Positions 49,913 through 64,000 of a stretch of DNA of 64,000 nucleotides are shown here, in pieces. Each line of letters starts with the position of its first letter. The first letter of the stretch is position 1. Source of the DNA: the human T2T-CHM13v2.0 reference genome, Homo sapiens. Location of the stretch: NCBI RefSeq assembly GCF_009914755.1, contig NC_060942.1. One strand, written 5' to 3'. The notes below the pieces were generated by a model. That model worked only from the letters and a program-made list of their open reading frames with translations, was not told where the DNA came from and ran no database searches. A program made the translations under genes and the position numbers.

Positions 49913-51375
49913 GAAATTGCCGAATAAATTCAGTGCCAAAGCATAGTCTTTCCAGGTCTGGGCCAGAGATATTAAACAGACCTTAGAAAATGGCAGCTTC
50001 TGTGTGAAGTCCTCTGTGAGCTCTTTCACACTGAGGAAGAGTCGTCCTAATGTGTGTTAAAAGGCACAGAGCTGTTGGCTTAAACGCAGCTGAAACTACT
50101 GTCCAGGGTCACAGCACAGACACCAGTGATAAGTCTTTTGCCCAGTGAGGAGTGGCTGAGGCTGCAGGGCGGAAAGGGTGGCACCCTCAAGCGTGACAAA
50201 GGGATACATCTGGGAAATGAAGAGTTCCTGCTCACAGACGAGCAGGTCTCGAAAGTCACGGGCTCTGATATGGGCCTTGTCTGAACAGGAAAACCAGGAC
50301 ATCTCATCTGTCAGGTCTGCTTTAGAAGAAAAGAAAAGAAAAAAAAATACTGACTGAAATATTGCTTACTTCCTAGAGAGAAGGACACATTCTTGGATTG
50401 AACCCCAAAGGATGTTGAACTTAACAAGGATGTCAGAACTAACCCCACCATATTCTGGGACCACTTGCTTGCTAAGAACTAAAAGTCACTTAAACCAGTT
50501 AAATAAAAGAGAGTTGATTTTAAAGATGCCATGGCTGTACTTCATTCTATGTGGTCATTTATCAGTGTTGTGATTAGCAAGTTGTGCTCCTGTGAGCTCA
50601 CACATTAGGTTTGCAATGTATGCAAAATCATTTGGTAGCTTTCTGAAAGAGAAGAGGTGTTGAAAGTTTTGGTGTCTGCAAAGTGAATGAGACTCTTTTC
50701 TTAAAAATTTCCAAACATGAAAATGTCTTTTTATTTCTTGGAGAAAAATAAATTCACATTTCCAAATGGCATATATCAACATCATAACATCATAACAAGT
50801 AGAAAATTTCTAACAGAACAACAGACATTTTATTAAATAAGGTAATAATGTATGCATAATGCCCACTACCTAATAAAAGGCTTTTAGGAAAATCAGTCAA
50901 TCATCTTTGTTTTCTAGTGTAGCTAGGAATTATAGAATGAAATCTGAGAAGTTGTGAACGTATCTTTTTCTTCTTATAAAGATTAAAAAAATACAGCATT
51001 TCCAATTGCCTGCTATGAGATTTTCTAAGTATTCATAATAGGCTTTTGGAAATATTTTCCTGTTTCCTGTTTGAATATTAATTAGTTACAGAATATTAAT
51101 TATATTATTTATAATTATATCCCATAATTAATATAATTATAAAATGTTAATAAATTGATGGCCATTAACTACGATATTATTGTAGAATGTTAATTAACTG
51201 TGAAACTGATTCTATGTTCAGAAAATTTAGGTGGCAGGAGTTGCCACAATCTATTTTTCTGCTCAAACAGTTTTTATTCTAGAGTTGAAAGAAGAGGACT
51301 TTGCATGGTCATTTTCTTTACTTGTTTCATTTCTATCAGGTTAAAATTTTGGGGGCTAAATGCACTTCAAGTACC

Positions 51376-51640
51376 TTTTTTTTCTTTCTGTTTATTTATT
51401 TCGATAGCTTTAGGTGTACAGGTTGTTTTTGGCTACATGGATGAATTACGTAGTGATGAAGTCTGAGGTTTTAGTGCACCAGCCACCCAAATAGGTACAC
51501 TACACCTGATATATAGTTTTTTTATTTCTCCCTTCTGTGTTTCCTGTGTCTATTATACCAAGCTGGATGCCTTTGTGTACCCATAGCTTCGCTCCCAATG
51601 TAAGTGAGAACATACGAGTCACTTTACTTAGAATAACAGC
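51376..51640 (-). mobile_element. L1PB-like 3' end
   Basis: ggtgtacaggttgtttttggctacatggatgaatt...taagtgagaacatacg. Confidence 0.7.
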
Positions 51641-51658
51641 CTGTACTCCAGAGACTAA

Positions 51659-52985
<1,327 letters not shown>

Positions 52986-52999
52986 TATTTCTTATTTCT

Positions 53000-53350
53000 T
53001 ATTATTATTTTTAAATTTTAGATTTTAGGGGTACATGGCAGATTTGTTACGTGGTTATAGTGCATGGTGCTGAGGTTTGGGTTTCTAATGATGCCATCAC
53101 TCAAGTAGTGAACACGGTATCTGACAGGTAGTTTTTCAACCCTTGCCCCATTCCCCACTTCCTCCTTTTGAAATCCCATTGTCTATTGTCACCATCTTTG
53201 TGTTCATATGTACTCAACATTTAGCTCCCACTTATAAGTGAAAACATGCAGCATTTGGTTTTCTATTTCTGTGTTAATTCTCTTAGGACAATGGCCACCA
53301 GCTGCACCCATGTTCCTGAAAAGGACGTGTTTTGTTCTGTTTTGTGGCTG
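53000..53350 (-). mobile_element. Old L1PA 3' end
   Basis: ttagggggtacat...tttagctcccacttataagtgaaaacatgcagcatttggttttct. Confidence 0.75.
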
Positions 53351-53406
53351 TGTGTTTTATGCTTTAATTCTGTAAAGCATTTTAAAGTCTTTTTAGAAAT
53401 AGAATT

Positions 53407-53517
53407 GAAGAAGAAGAAGAAAGAAAGGACTGTGAAGAAGAAAGAAAGAAGGACTGCGAAGAAGAAGAAGAAAGAAGAAAGAAGAAAGAAGAAGAAGAAG
53501 AAGAAGAAGAAGAAGAA

Positions 53518-53549
<32 letters not shown>

Positions 53550-53570
53550 AGAGGAAAGAAAGACGGACTG
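53407..53570. repeat. Compound GAA repeat with a pure (GAA)17 run at 53488-53538
   Basis: Direct read. Confidence 0.95.
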
Positions 53571-53884
53571 CCAAGCCTAAGAGTTGGTGTCCTGTGGCAT
53601 AAACCTCACCACTCAAGTGCTTCTGCTCTGTCTGCTTCCTGACTGGTCCCGCATGTTGAGCACCTGCCCTGTTCAGTAGAGGGTTCTTATGCTAGCATCT
53701 GAGGTGTGCGCAAATAGACCCAATTCCCAGATGCATTCACATAGGGCGAAGACTATGCTTACATCCTCCTTCAGTTCTATATTCTGGGAATTATAGAAAA
53801 GATTGCACGAAAACCACCTCCCTACACATTTCTAGAGATACACCCCCCAAGCCTCATTGAAACCCAACTGGAAGATTGGAAGAT

Positions 53885-54203
53885 TCTTGATTTTTTTTTT
53901 TTCTGGTTTTTTTTTCTTGAGACAGAGTCTCGCTCTGTCACCTAGGCTGGAGTGCAGTGGCACGATCTCAGCTCACTGCAAGCTCCGCCTCCCGGGTTCA
54001 TGCCATTCTCCTGCCTCAGCCTCAGTCTGTAGCTGGGACTACAGGCGCCCGCCACCACGTCTGGCAATTTTTTTTTTTTTTTTTGGTATTTTTAATAGAG
54101 ACGGGGTTTCACCGTGTTAGCCAGGATGGTCTTGATCTCCTGACCTCGTGATCCGCCCACCTCGGCCTCCCAAAGTGCTGGGATTACAACCACCGTGCCC
54201 AGC
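53885..54203 (-). mobile_element. AluY-like element
   Basis: gcaagctccgcc and accgtgttagccaggatgg diagnostics. Confidence 0.85.
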
Positions 54204-54309
54204 TTTTTTTTTTCTTTTCTTTTTCTTTTTCTTTTTTTTTTTTTTTTTTAGCATCTCTTCGAATTCACTTTCTGAATGCTTTGTTTCATTGTTTGCAAAG
54301 GTAGGTGCT

Positions 54310-55390
54310 AAAACTTATCCATGTTTGGTGAAGTGGAAATCAATGCAGCCGTTTTGGAAAGCCATTTGATAATATTTAAAAACAAAAATGCATATCTATT
54401 TGTCTATGAAAAGAACCTATAAATGCACTTCCACATGTACTGAAAATATATTGTAAAACGATTTTCACTGCAGATTTTTTTTTATCATAGCAAGCAACAG
54501 AAACAGCCTAAATGTCTATCAATAGATGGACCAGATAATGTTTTATGGCTCATTCATAACATGGAAACATATGAAGCCATCAAAGAGAAAAGGTAGATCA
54601 CAGTTTTCTGCAATGGAAGAATACATTACAAAATAAAAAAGGCAAACAGTAAAGGGAATGTGTATAGCATGCTACCATTTTGTGGGAAAAAATTATATAC
54701 ATATTTGCATATTCATAGATAAATGTAGAAGGATATACATACAATAAACATACAGGGTGTACATACAATAAGCTGTTCAAATATGTTCAGTATCACAGCA
54801 AACAACTAGAGTGTAAAGTGGCTCTCCTGTCATTGTCTACCCTTTTGTTGTCTTTAAAACTTTCATGTGTACTTTTTATCAGCAAAAAGAACACAACAAA
54901 TAAATGGCTTTGTCTTGCATGTATCACACATGTATGAACAAAAGATCTGGTGTCAGACTGAATTCAAATACTAGCTCTGTCACTTGCCAGGAACCTTGGG
55001 AGCCTCCCTAAGAGCTCTGTAATTCACTTGCAGTGACCACCTCATAGCACAGGGTTACCATAAGGATTGAGCTACAGAATACACATGAAACAGTCCAGCC
55101 AGGGCACAAATGTATAGTAATAATAATAATAATAATAATAATGACATTTAACATTTATTTAGTGCTGACCATGTACCTGGGTTGTTTTAACAGTTTTACA
55201 TAGATTAATTCATTTAATTCTTATAAAAACCCTATGAAATGGGTACTATTTTCATCCTAATTGTACAAATGGGGGAAATGAGGCACAGAGAGATGAACTA
55301 ACTTGCCAAAAATACACAGCTGGTAAAGGGTAGAGCTGGGATCAAACCAGGTGGTCTGGCTTCAAATCTAGGCTCTTACCCACTTACAGA
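54310..55390. mobile_element. L1ME-like fragment (~54310-54900, +) followed by two MIRs (~54940-55100, ~55145-55390) separated by (AAT)n
   Basis: aaacagcctaaatgtctatcaatag; aatgggggaaatgaggcacagagagatgaactaacttgcc. Confidence 0.6.
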
Positions 55391-56824
55391 ATGGCCTTGA
55401 ACCTGCTGGGCAAAATGTTAAGGCTGGTGAGAGAGTGGGTCAAGCTTTCAAGAGAAATGCTGGAAATATTTGTAACCATCTTATAAGCTCATGGAAATGC
55501 TTTCCCATCTGACACCAAGCCAGAATGTGATAATCAAAATGACACCTGGGTGTGTCTAGTGGAGTATGTGAGGACTTTCCCCCCTGTCTTTGTGACTCTG
55601 GAGTTACTGGGGAATCACTACTTTGGGCTGAAGCCAACAGGGATCATGGAGTAGGGAACCCTGTCTTTTATGCATCTACCATCCAACAGACAAATACTTA
55701 ATAGGCATGGAAGACCTGCCCTCTTAATGAGGCTCCTCCCAGTGACATGGTTCTGTCAGAAGGACTTATCTCAGGAGGTATATTGAGTTTCTCATGGCTG
55801 TTGAGACCTGGTATTTTCTTTTAGGTAAGCATTTCTTTAATATTTAACCCAAATTCTCTCAGTTGAATATTTAACTCAATTCTAATGTGTTGTCTTTGCT
55901 AGAAGAATAGTTGGTCATTGGCCTCACTCTATCTTCAAATGAAGTGCCCTTGAGAACATGATGAGTTTAGCCACTGATGGTCCTTGAATAGGCTGATGCC
56001 AAAACATCTTAGGTCCTCCCTGGTAGAGTGTTTTCCTTTCTTTCTTTCTTTGTCTGCAGAATTACCCAGAATTATCTAAATAATCATTCCCCACATCACC
56101 ATTATTGACGAAGTGATTAACCCTCACTTGAATTCATTTTGGAAATCCCCATTTTCCTGTGCCAACCCCTCTCCACTGTTCCAATGTTCCAAACTATTGA
56201 TCAGTTTTCACTCTCTCTGCAAGATGCCCTGGATTTCATTTTGAACAACCTGCTGGTCAAGGTATCCCTGGTGCATTAACTCAAAACTAGACACACAGGC
56301 ACCAGCTCCTTGGAAAGGATCCCTCTTCAGTCATTCCAGACTCATTTCCTTGCTTGACTAATGTTGAGGAAAAGTTCAGGAGCCCTTGAGTTGTTTTCAT
56401 GTTTGCCAAACTCAATGTTGGAAGTGCCAGGCTCACCAAGACCTCCCAGGTATTGCTCCGGCCAGCGGCCAGGCTGCAGAGAAGAGAAAAGATAAACCCC
56501 TCCTCAGTAAAGGAAGCAGGACTTTTTTCCAGGAGCATGTTGAGGAGGAGGGGCTTCTCAAGAAATATGTTAAATTAAACCAAACAGGAAAGGAATCTAA
56601 GGGTAAATGATTTAAACTATCCCCTTTTCACTTTTGCTCAAGTTCTGTCTGTGAAATTTGCTTCTTCTCTCACTTGGGAATTACAGACAAACATCATATT
56701 GGCTGAGGTTATAAAGCATATTAGATTTTATTCTAGAAAGGAAATGGTGTGACAAATCTGGTATTTTTAAAAAATGTCACATATAGCAGTACACATTTTC
56801 ATATAGCAAGTGTTTATTCCCTAA

Positions 56825-56825
<1 letters not shown>

Positions 56826-56875
<50 letters not shown>
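56826..56875. repeat. (AC)25 microsatellite
   Basis: Direct read. Confidence 0.95.
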
Positions 56876-56881
<6 letters not shown>

Positions 56882-58569
56882 GAATATTTTTATTGAAACC
56901 TGGGGAGATGTTTCTTCGACAATACCTTATGGGGACAACTATTGTATCTTCCAGCTCCTTAAATGTTCCTGCTTACTTTTCATAATTGAAATTGCTCAGA
57001 GAAAGAAGGAAGTGTTCATCAACTGACAACTATATATGCAAATCTCTGAAGGGTAGCTATGCTGGAATGGTTTTTATTTGTAGAGCATTGGTCCTCACAA
57101 GCAGTAAAAGCATCTGGATTTAAGACTACAGAAATCTGAAATTGTTGCTTATAATCTCCTTGTAGAGTCAACAGGAAGAATGCATTTTCCCCCTCAGTAA
57201 CAGAAGAGAAAACGCAGGCTCTATTTGCTCCGACTTCCCCTTTTCCAAAGTGAAAGGAAGAGTTTTTCAACTGAAGAACCTCTTCATTGAGATCTCAAAA
57301 GAAGCTTGCTAATAACACTAATTTATCGATCAAGTTTCCAGATGAAATTAGCACCTACTTCTTCAAGAAGACAGACAAGAAGTGTGAAGAGGGAACGTGG
57401 CAATCATAATCAGCACTAGTGAAAATATTCTGCCCCATGAATAGCAACAGTTCAATCAGCTGCGTGGTAGAGCTTGAGCTGGCATTTATGAAAATGTTTG
57501 CTTGCTCTCAGCCATTTTCTCTAAGTTGAGGCCTGTGCTCATTTACAAAGAAGACCTATTGGAATAATCCCTTGGCTGTCTAAGTCGAGACACAGGAATC
57601 AGGAATCACACTGGAGCTTCACATTCCTGTGATTTTCTGATGACGCCTTCCTGGACCAGCAGCAAACCCAGAGGACAGCATACGACTAGGGGGTAGCACG
57701 CTATTTCCCATCTCTATGCTTTATGGGAGAGGATGAGTGACTTACAGTCACTGTAAGTAAACTTGCGCTGGTAATTGAATTAGAGCTGAGAGAGGGTTTT
57801 CAGACAGGGCCACTAGTTTGTTTGCAAAATGAGTTGATTCGATCTTGGCTTAGCAGCTGCAAGTCAAACAACCTATTGAGCAAACCCAAGGTAAATTTCA
57901 GCACCCTTTAGTATCAATGGCATTCGAGAATGAACACATTCAGACGCTTTGATTTTTAAGATGTCATTTATTTAAAGCAAAATCAGTTTATATTCTCAAG
58001 GGGTGGATTTCAAAGATATAAAAAGAAAAGTCATTTTCGGAACAAACAATTTTGTTCAATTTCTGTATAAAACCTAAATTACACTTTTTTTTTTTTTGGA
58101 GAGTAGACTCTGTGATATGGGAAATGGCTTCACTGAAATTCAGATTTCTACATGCAAAAGCTGACTCATTTTGTTATGGGATTAGCTAAAATGTTTAAAG
58201 AGCCCCGATGAAACAGATGAACTAATTTGTGAAAAGGCAAAAAGTGTAATCACGGTTCAGACTACATGAATAGTCAGTGCACGAACCAAAGCGATGAGGC
58301 CTTTGTAACCTCACAGAGATTCAGTCACCTGATCATTCCTCTTTCAAAGCAGTTTCAAAAGTACAGTGTGTTATTCTGGTGACTGGCATAGGTCTTGCTT
58401 CTGTACAAAAATCAGAAAAAGTGGCTCCTGTGCTTACTAATTTCCAAGGTTGTTGCATGTCGGTGAAAAGTTGGTGGGGATTAGGACAAAGCACTGTGGA
58501 AACAAATTTTAGAGTTGTGGCATTTTCAGGCAACAAGTAAGTGCAAGTCCACATCATAAAAAATTCTAA

Positions 58570-59220
<651 letters not shown>

Positions 59221-59520
59221 CAAAGTAGGTAAAACTGACATGAATTTGCACATTTGAAAGGCTCATCACTCCTTCATAAGATAGACAGTTATTCTCAGCT
59301 TCTGAACTGAAACTTCACGAGTGGGATTATCAGAGTAAAAGGACTTTTTAGTTCTTCGGTATTGAAACCCCTTTAAACAGGATGTAAGTTCTCCCTACGT
59401 CATCAACAACGAATAGCACACGTGCTGTACAGTGAAAGTTAGAATGATACGCTTCTTAATTGCAGAAGTATTCCCGTCAAAAGACAATAAAGCATATTTT
59501 GGAAGAAGTGGGACTCTAGT

Positions 59521-59562
59521 AAAAACACACAGACCTGAAAGCAGTGCATTAATTATTTTATT
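59521..59562 (-). terminator. DLGAP1 distal poly(A) signal
   Basis: Plus-strand TTTATT 59557-59562 (AATAAA on -) with downstream GU/U-rich element (tctgtgtgttttt, 59533-59521). Confidence 0.7.
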
Positions 59563-62500
59563 AATTTCTTCTTTTTACATTATGGGAAACATTCATCTAT
59601 TTACAATATTTTTTTGTTCACACACAATCTAGGTAAATAAGCCTATGAAATTCCAATTCATAAAGCCATAAAAATGTTCCCACCCCTCCATCTGAAGGCT
59701 TTCAAATGAATCTTTTTTTTCCAAACCAAAATAATTTTTAAAAATTACATTTGGGAATTCAGATATGCTAGTGATTTACATTCCAGTTATTTAAAATATG
59801 CATCTAGACATGTTTTAAAAAAGAAATGGTAAATTCACAAGGATAAGGCTTAAATGAAAGTGGTAATGCACAGTAAAACATTAAGGAAACATCTATAAAT
59901 AACAGAAATATATTACAATAAATTAGTTCTATTTACCATTTCAAATATTAAAAATCTTTAATCCATTTCTTCATCTCTCTTTACAAAAAGGTTATGTGAA
60001 TTGTATGGAAACATCTGCAAAAAATATAATAAATACTTAATTTCTTTGAACGTTTTTTGATGTGGGAGACAAACTTCTTTTGTAATCCCCCCCTCCCCAA
60101 GAAAATGCCCAACACCTTTATACCAAAGTTAAACAAAATAAGTAATTTTTCAGGGTACATACATTTTCCATTACGAACTAAAAAACATTTCTACAAATTA
60201 CATCAAAAAGAACAATGTAACAAAGGTTATGCTCATGAATGTCAGTTTCAGGGGGTCAAGCAGCATTGTGTGGGGTCATGTTCTAACACCAATAATTAGC
60301 TTTTTATAAAGTGTTTGTACAATTTAAATTGTATTTTCAAGGAAGGCAAAGATCATGATGCCCTGTAGGCCTTGAGCTAAAAGATTTAAAATTCTTACCA
60401 AAAATAGCTTATGAATATACAAATGCCGTTCACTTAGACAAGATAAATAGGCCTTCTCTTGTCTCTCTTTAAAATATCATGGGCTAAATTAGTTTCCAAA
60501 GAAAATATTGTAGGATGATCTTGAGTCGTATTAGAAATCTATTTCTTAATCCAAATCTCAACTCTACCTCAGGGCACGGAGCTGTAATTGTGAGCATGGG
60601 TCTTGGGATGAACGCTGCTTCTTTCATATTAATCTGTGAGTTCCAAGTCATTCTCAGTATTGAATGTGACCATAGGCTACCCAAGTGGCAGTTGGCCCTA
60701 CTCGATGCAAGCTTTGTGTGACTTTTAATTGCTGCTACAAGGTAAAGAAAAGGTGTATTCTTTTTAAAACTAGCAAATACTTGAAGCTCAAAATCTCTGT
60801 ATGCTCCAATTTCACAAAGCACTTTTGAGTGCTTTGTTCACCCTAGTTAAAAGTTGGTTCGTTGGTTTCAAAATAAGTGAGTAGCCCTTTTCTTGTAAAC
60901 CACAGCAGTAAACATTTGTGCCCTGTTTATAAAGGTAGCTCAAAGCATCGATGGCTCTGAGAGGTAGCGAATTCTCTAGTGGTTTTAGAATATGTCCGTG
61001 AAAATATCTGTTGCTAGAACCCATCACCTCTCTTAATTTCATAAGTAAAATTAAATTAGCACCTGGCTATGAGAGTGTATTATTTTAAAAAGCTTCTCTG
61101 GTGCAAGCATGTTTGATGTATGTTTTTAAAAGTCTTTCGTTTTTAATTTCTAATGCTTTAGGATGTTAGCTGGACATAAAATGCCATTGATACTTAAGAT
61201 TGCCACATCCTAAGTGTTTAAACTGTGACGAGTAAGGGCATTTAAAGACAACTTCAGCTAGACACCGATGCATACTGCCCATCAATCAAGACTAAAAATC
61301 TAAATCAACACTCTCTGCCAAAAGCCTTGACTTCTTTCAGTGTTTATGAATCATGACTCCCCCCACCTCTTCATGGCTGTTGACCCTGGCAGGTCGAGTT
61401 TCTTCTCTCACTACCTGGAACCTCAAGATGACAGCGGCAGCTCTTTTGAATGAGGCAGCATGTCTATTGGGGCAAAAATTTATTTTAGCCATTTGACACA
61501 GGACAGAATCCTATGCTAGGTATTACTGGACTCTGCAGTAGTGAGAGGAGATGAAAGGAGAAAATATATCTGAAATATGAACTACTTGGGTTAAAATAGA
61601 CGGATGTGTAGCATTCAAAGGGATGGTAGGAAAACCCAAACTCTTCTCCAAAAACAGCCTTGCTGCCATTTACAGCGCTTTATAAGCAGATATGTACTTA
61701 TATATGTGGAATCAGGTAGGCCCACCTGGATGGACACTTAACAAATTAATAGAACCAACACTTTCCCTTTAAAAACAGCCGCCACGACAACAATATAAAT
61801 ATACACAGTACAATAAGAGTTGAGAAAACATTTCAGGTCTAGATTTTCTTAATAATAGAACAAAAAAATCCCTTATGTAGTATACTAAACCATCAGTGCC
61901 TCCTTTGCCTTGCTTCATGTTATTGCCTTTCAGAATAGATTAATTTCCCTGAAAGATCGAATTTACAATCTTCTGCTGATTGAGACATTTGAAGCTGTGA
62001 TTGATGAAGTAACAGTGAGGCAGTTTGTGCAGCTGTGAGTGTGCAGGTGCCCCCAGCACCTGCAGATTTCGCTTCTCCCATCCTTGCTACACATCCAGGT
62101 CCCCCACCCCCAGGCCAGGCTTGGTCCCCTCTCTCTGTGTCCCTCATGGATTCCAGTGAGATGGTGTGATTTCTGAGGTTGGGAATAAAGTGCTCCATCT
62201 GCTTTTTTAAAAGAATAACCATTTAGGGGAAATAAAGGGAATCGGAGGCCTAGTTTCTTTCACGTGGAAGACGGTAAGTCCCAAAGGATCACCCTGTGAT
62301 ACTGGATTTCTGAAATACCCTATGGTTTTATATTGCTGAACAGACTAGCTCGAGAGAACTGAGGACGGCGGGTGACCTAAAGGCATCACTTCTACACAGG
62401 TGGGTTTGGCTTTGCCCAGAAAATAAAGGGTTGGATCTCAGTATGAGGCAGGGCGACGGCATCAGGACAGGGGGCGAAGCTCGGTGAAGAAGGAGATGGG

Positions 62501-62694
62501 CAAACGGGTACGGGAAGTGGGGGGCTGAGGGGGGCCCGGGGGGCGGCTCCTGCGAGGTGGACAACTACACCGCGACAGTGGAAGTCACCGAGCTCGGGAG
62601 CGGACGGGCTCGGAGGGGGAGAGGCAGCCGGCAGAGGAGCGGCCGGGGGAGGAGGGGACAGATGCTTGGCGGCGGCGGCCGGGCTGCGGGGCGC
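59535..62694 (-). other. DLGAP1: DLGAP1 3' UTR (~3.2 kb)
   Basis: Apparently repeat-free stretch from the stop codon to a minus-strand AATAAA. Confidence 0.75.
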
Positions 62695-62900
62695 TCAGAG
62701 CCGGGTCTGCGCCTCGGGGATGTAGATCTCGATGCTCTCGGCGCTCTCGGTGGCCGAGTTCTGGCGGACGGACGCGGCGCGCTTGGCGGCCATCAGGCGC
62801 TTGCGGGCCTCCTGGCGCTGCGAGCTCTCCAGCGAGCGCTCCCGGATCAGCGGCGCGGGGCCCTTCGCCGGCTTCTTTGGCACTGGAGGAGGGGCCCTTC
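62360..62900. promoter_or_regulatory. CpG island over the DLGAP1 last exon and proximal 3' UTR
   Basis: Abrupt CpG/GC-rich block that extends beyond the CDS. Confidence 0.7.
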
Positions 62901-62904
62901 TCTC
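62695..62904 (-). CDS. DLGAP1: DLGAP1 (SAPAP1/GKAP) last coding exon
   Basis: Minus-strand acceptor ctttgatcag|GAG; encodes ERRAPPPVPKKPAKGP...ARKRLMAAKRAASVRQNSATESAESIEIYIPEAQTRL*, ending in the Shank-PDZ-binding QTRL. Confidence 0.95.
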   Translation of the reverse strand, partial: ERRAPPPVPKKPAKGPAPLIRERSLESSQRQEARKRLMAAKRAASVRQNSATESAESIEIYIPEAQTRL

Positions 62905-64000
62905 CTGATCAAAGCAGAAGGTTCAGGACATTACACAGCTTCTCAGGACAAGCTTGGGAAAAACTGGGATAGGTCAGTAGTTAGAACACACAGTTTTTTA
63001 CCTAGGGGTGGTTAGTTCTGATCTGCACACTGCATATCTACTTTTTTCTTCATTATTCTGGCTTGGGCATTCAAAAGATGCAGAAAAAAAAAATCCCGGT
63101 AAGCTTAAGGCCCAGGGTAAGGCTGGGTTGCAGAACTAGGTCTCTCCAAGGGAAGGAAGTGGGTATTTTAAAGGCCCCCTGCGGAAAGCCTGCGGCTCCC
63201 AGCACATTGAGTGCGGTTCTCTCTGGAGACTCCAGACTCCTCCTGGTGCCAGAGATGGGCCAGGAAGCAGCGGCTGCGGCAGCATCTTAGAACCCCTGCA
63301 TCCCCTCTAAGGATGCAAGTCACCGGGTGCAAGCTTGGTTCAGAGCTTAAAAACATCTCCGCTCTGTCCCCGGCCCGCCCACCGTCCCCTTCCCACCAAA
63401 CCTAAATAAACAGAGGAGGAAGAAGAGATATCAGATTGTGTTCTTTAGCTTTGTTGGTGCTACACCAGGTTAGACCCTTTTGCACACCACACACGAACAC
63501 ACAAGCAATATACAATATACAGGGTCACGGGAGAGGGAGGCCATTGATATTTCCTACACTCGAGAGTTAATTAAGTCAGTTCCAAGGTGACTCTGACTAG
63601 GGGCCTCGGGATAACTGTGGTGGCCCAGGAAGCAATTCCAATCACAGGGGCAGAAACTGTGCCATGAAAAGTTGACACAGGATGAAAGAGGTCATTCCTC
63701 TTATCAGCAGCAAACTATGAAATGGGCGGATATTTTCAATGCCACTGCAAAAACAAAAGACAGTCATCTCTTTGGCATTAAAAAAAATGCAGCAGGAAAG
63801 AATGGCGTCTAGACCACAAAGGATTTTTAGGCAAAGAAGGTTGAAGTTGTAGACTGTGAAAGGGTGCACATAAAACTGATGTTTTCATTTTAAATAAAAT
63901 ACCCTCCATTCTCATAAAATGAAGCGTGAACATTATCTTAAAATATAGTTTCGGTGATTCTCCAAAGAGTACTCTTTGTATCTTAACACCAATGCTCAGC

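Noticed and set aside
62557-63015. 152-aa + strand ORF antisense to DLGAP1
   Set aside because: Shadow ORF of a GC-rich coding exon, with a GTG start and no independent gene signals.

Overview
Human (primate) genomic DNA that I recognise as chr18p11.31. It contains the TGIF1 gene on + (CpG island ~11.5-16.2 kb, at least three alternative coding first exons, two shared exons, 3' UTR), the three-exon lncRNA GAPLINC on + (~29.7-42.45 kb), and the last exon plus ~3.2 kb 3' UTR of DLGAP1 on -. The rest is dense in Alu, L1, MIR, DNA-transposon and LTR sequence, including a nested MER45/Tigger1/THE1/Alu stack. I see no evidence for a new multi-gene system. The most notable observations: (i) the long TGIF1 first exon is frameshifted in this haplotype, which changes which upstream AUG is in frame; (ii) an exact 75-bp non-Alu sequence sits inside two different Alus 1.36 kb apart; (iii) several fold-back or templated repair-like scars; (iv) a cluster of TGIF/MEIS-type TGACA motifs in TGIF1's own promoter. 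Gene identities and repeat family names come from recognition, not database searches. Repeat boundaries are approximate.
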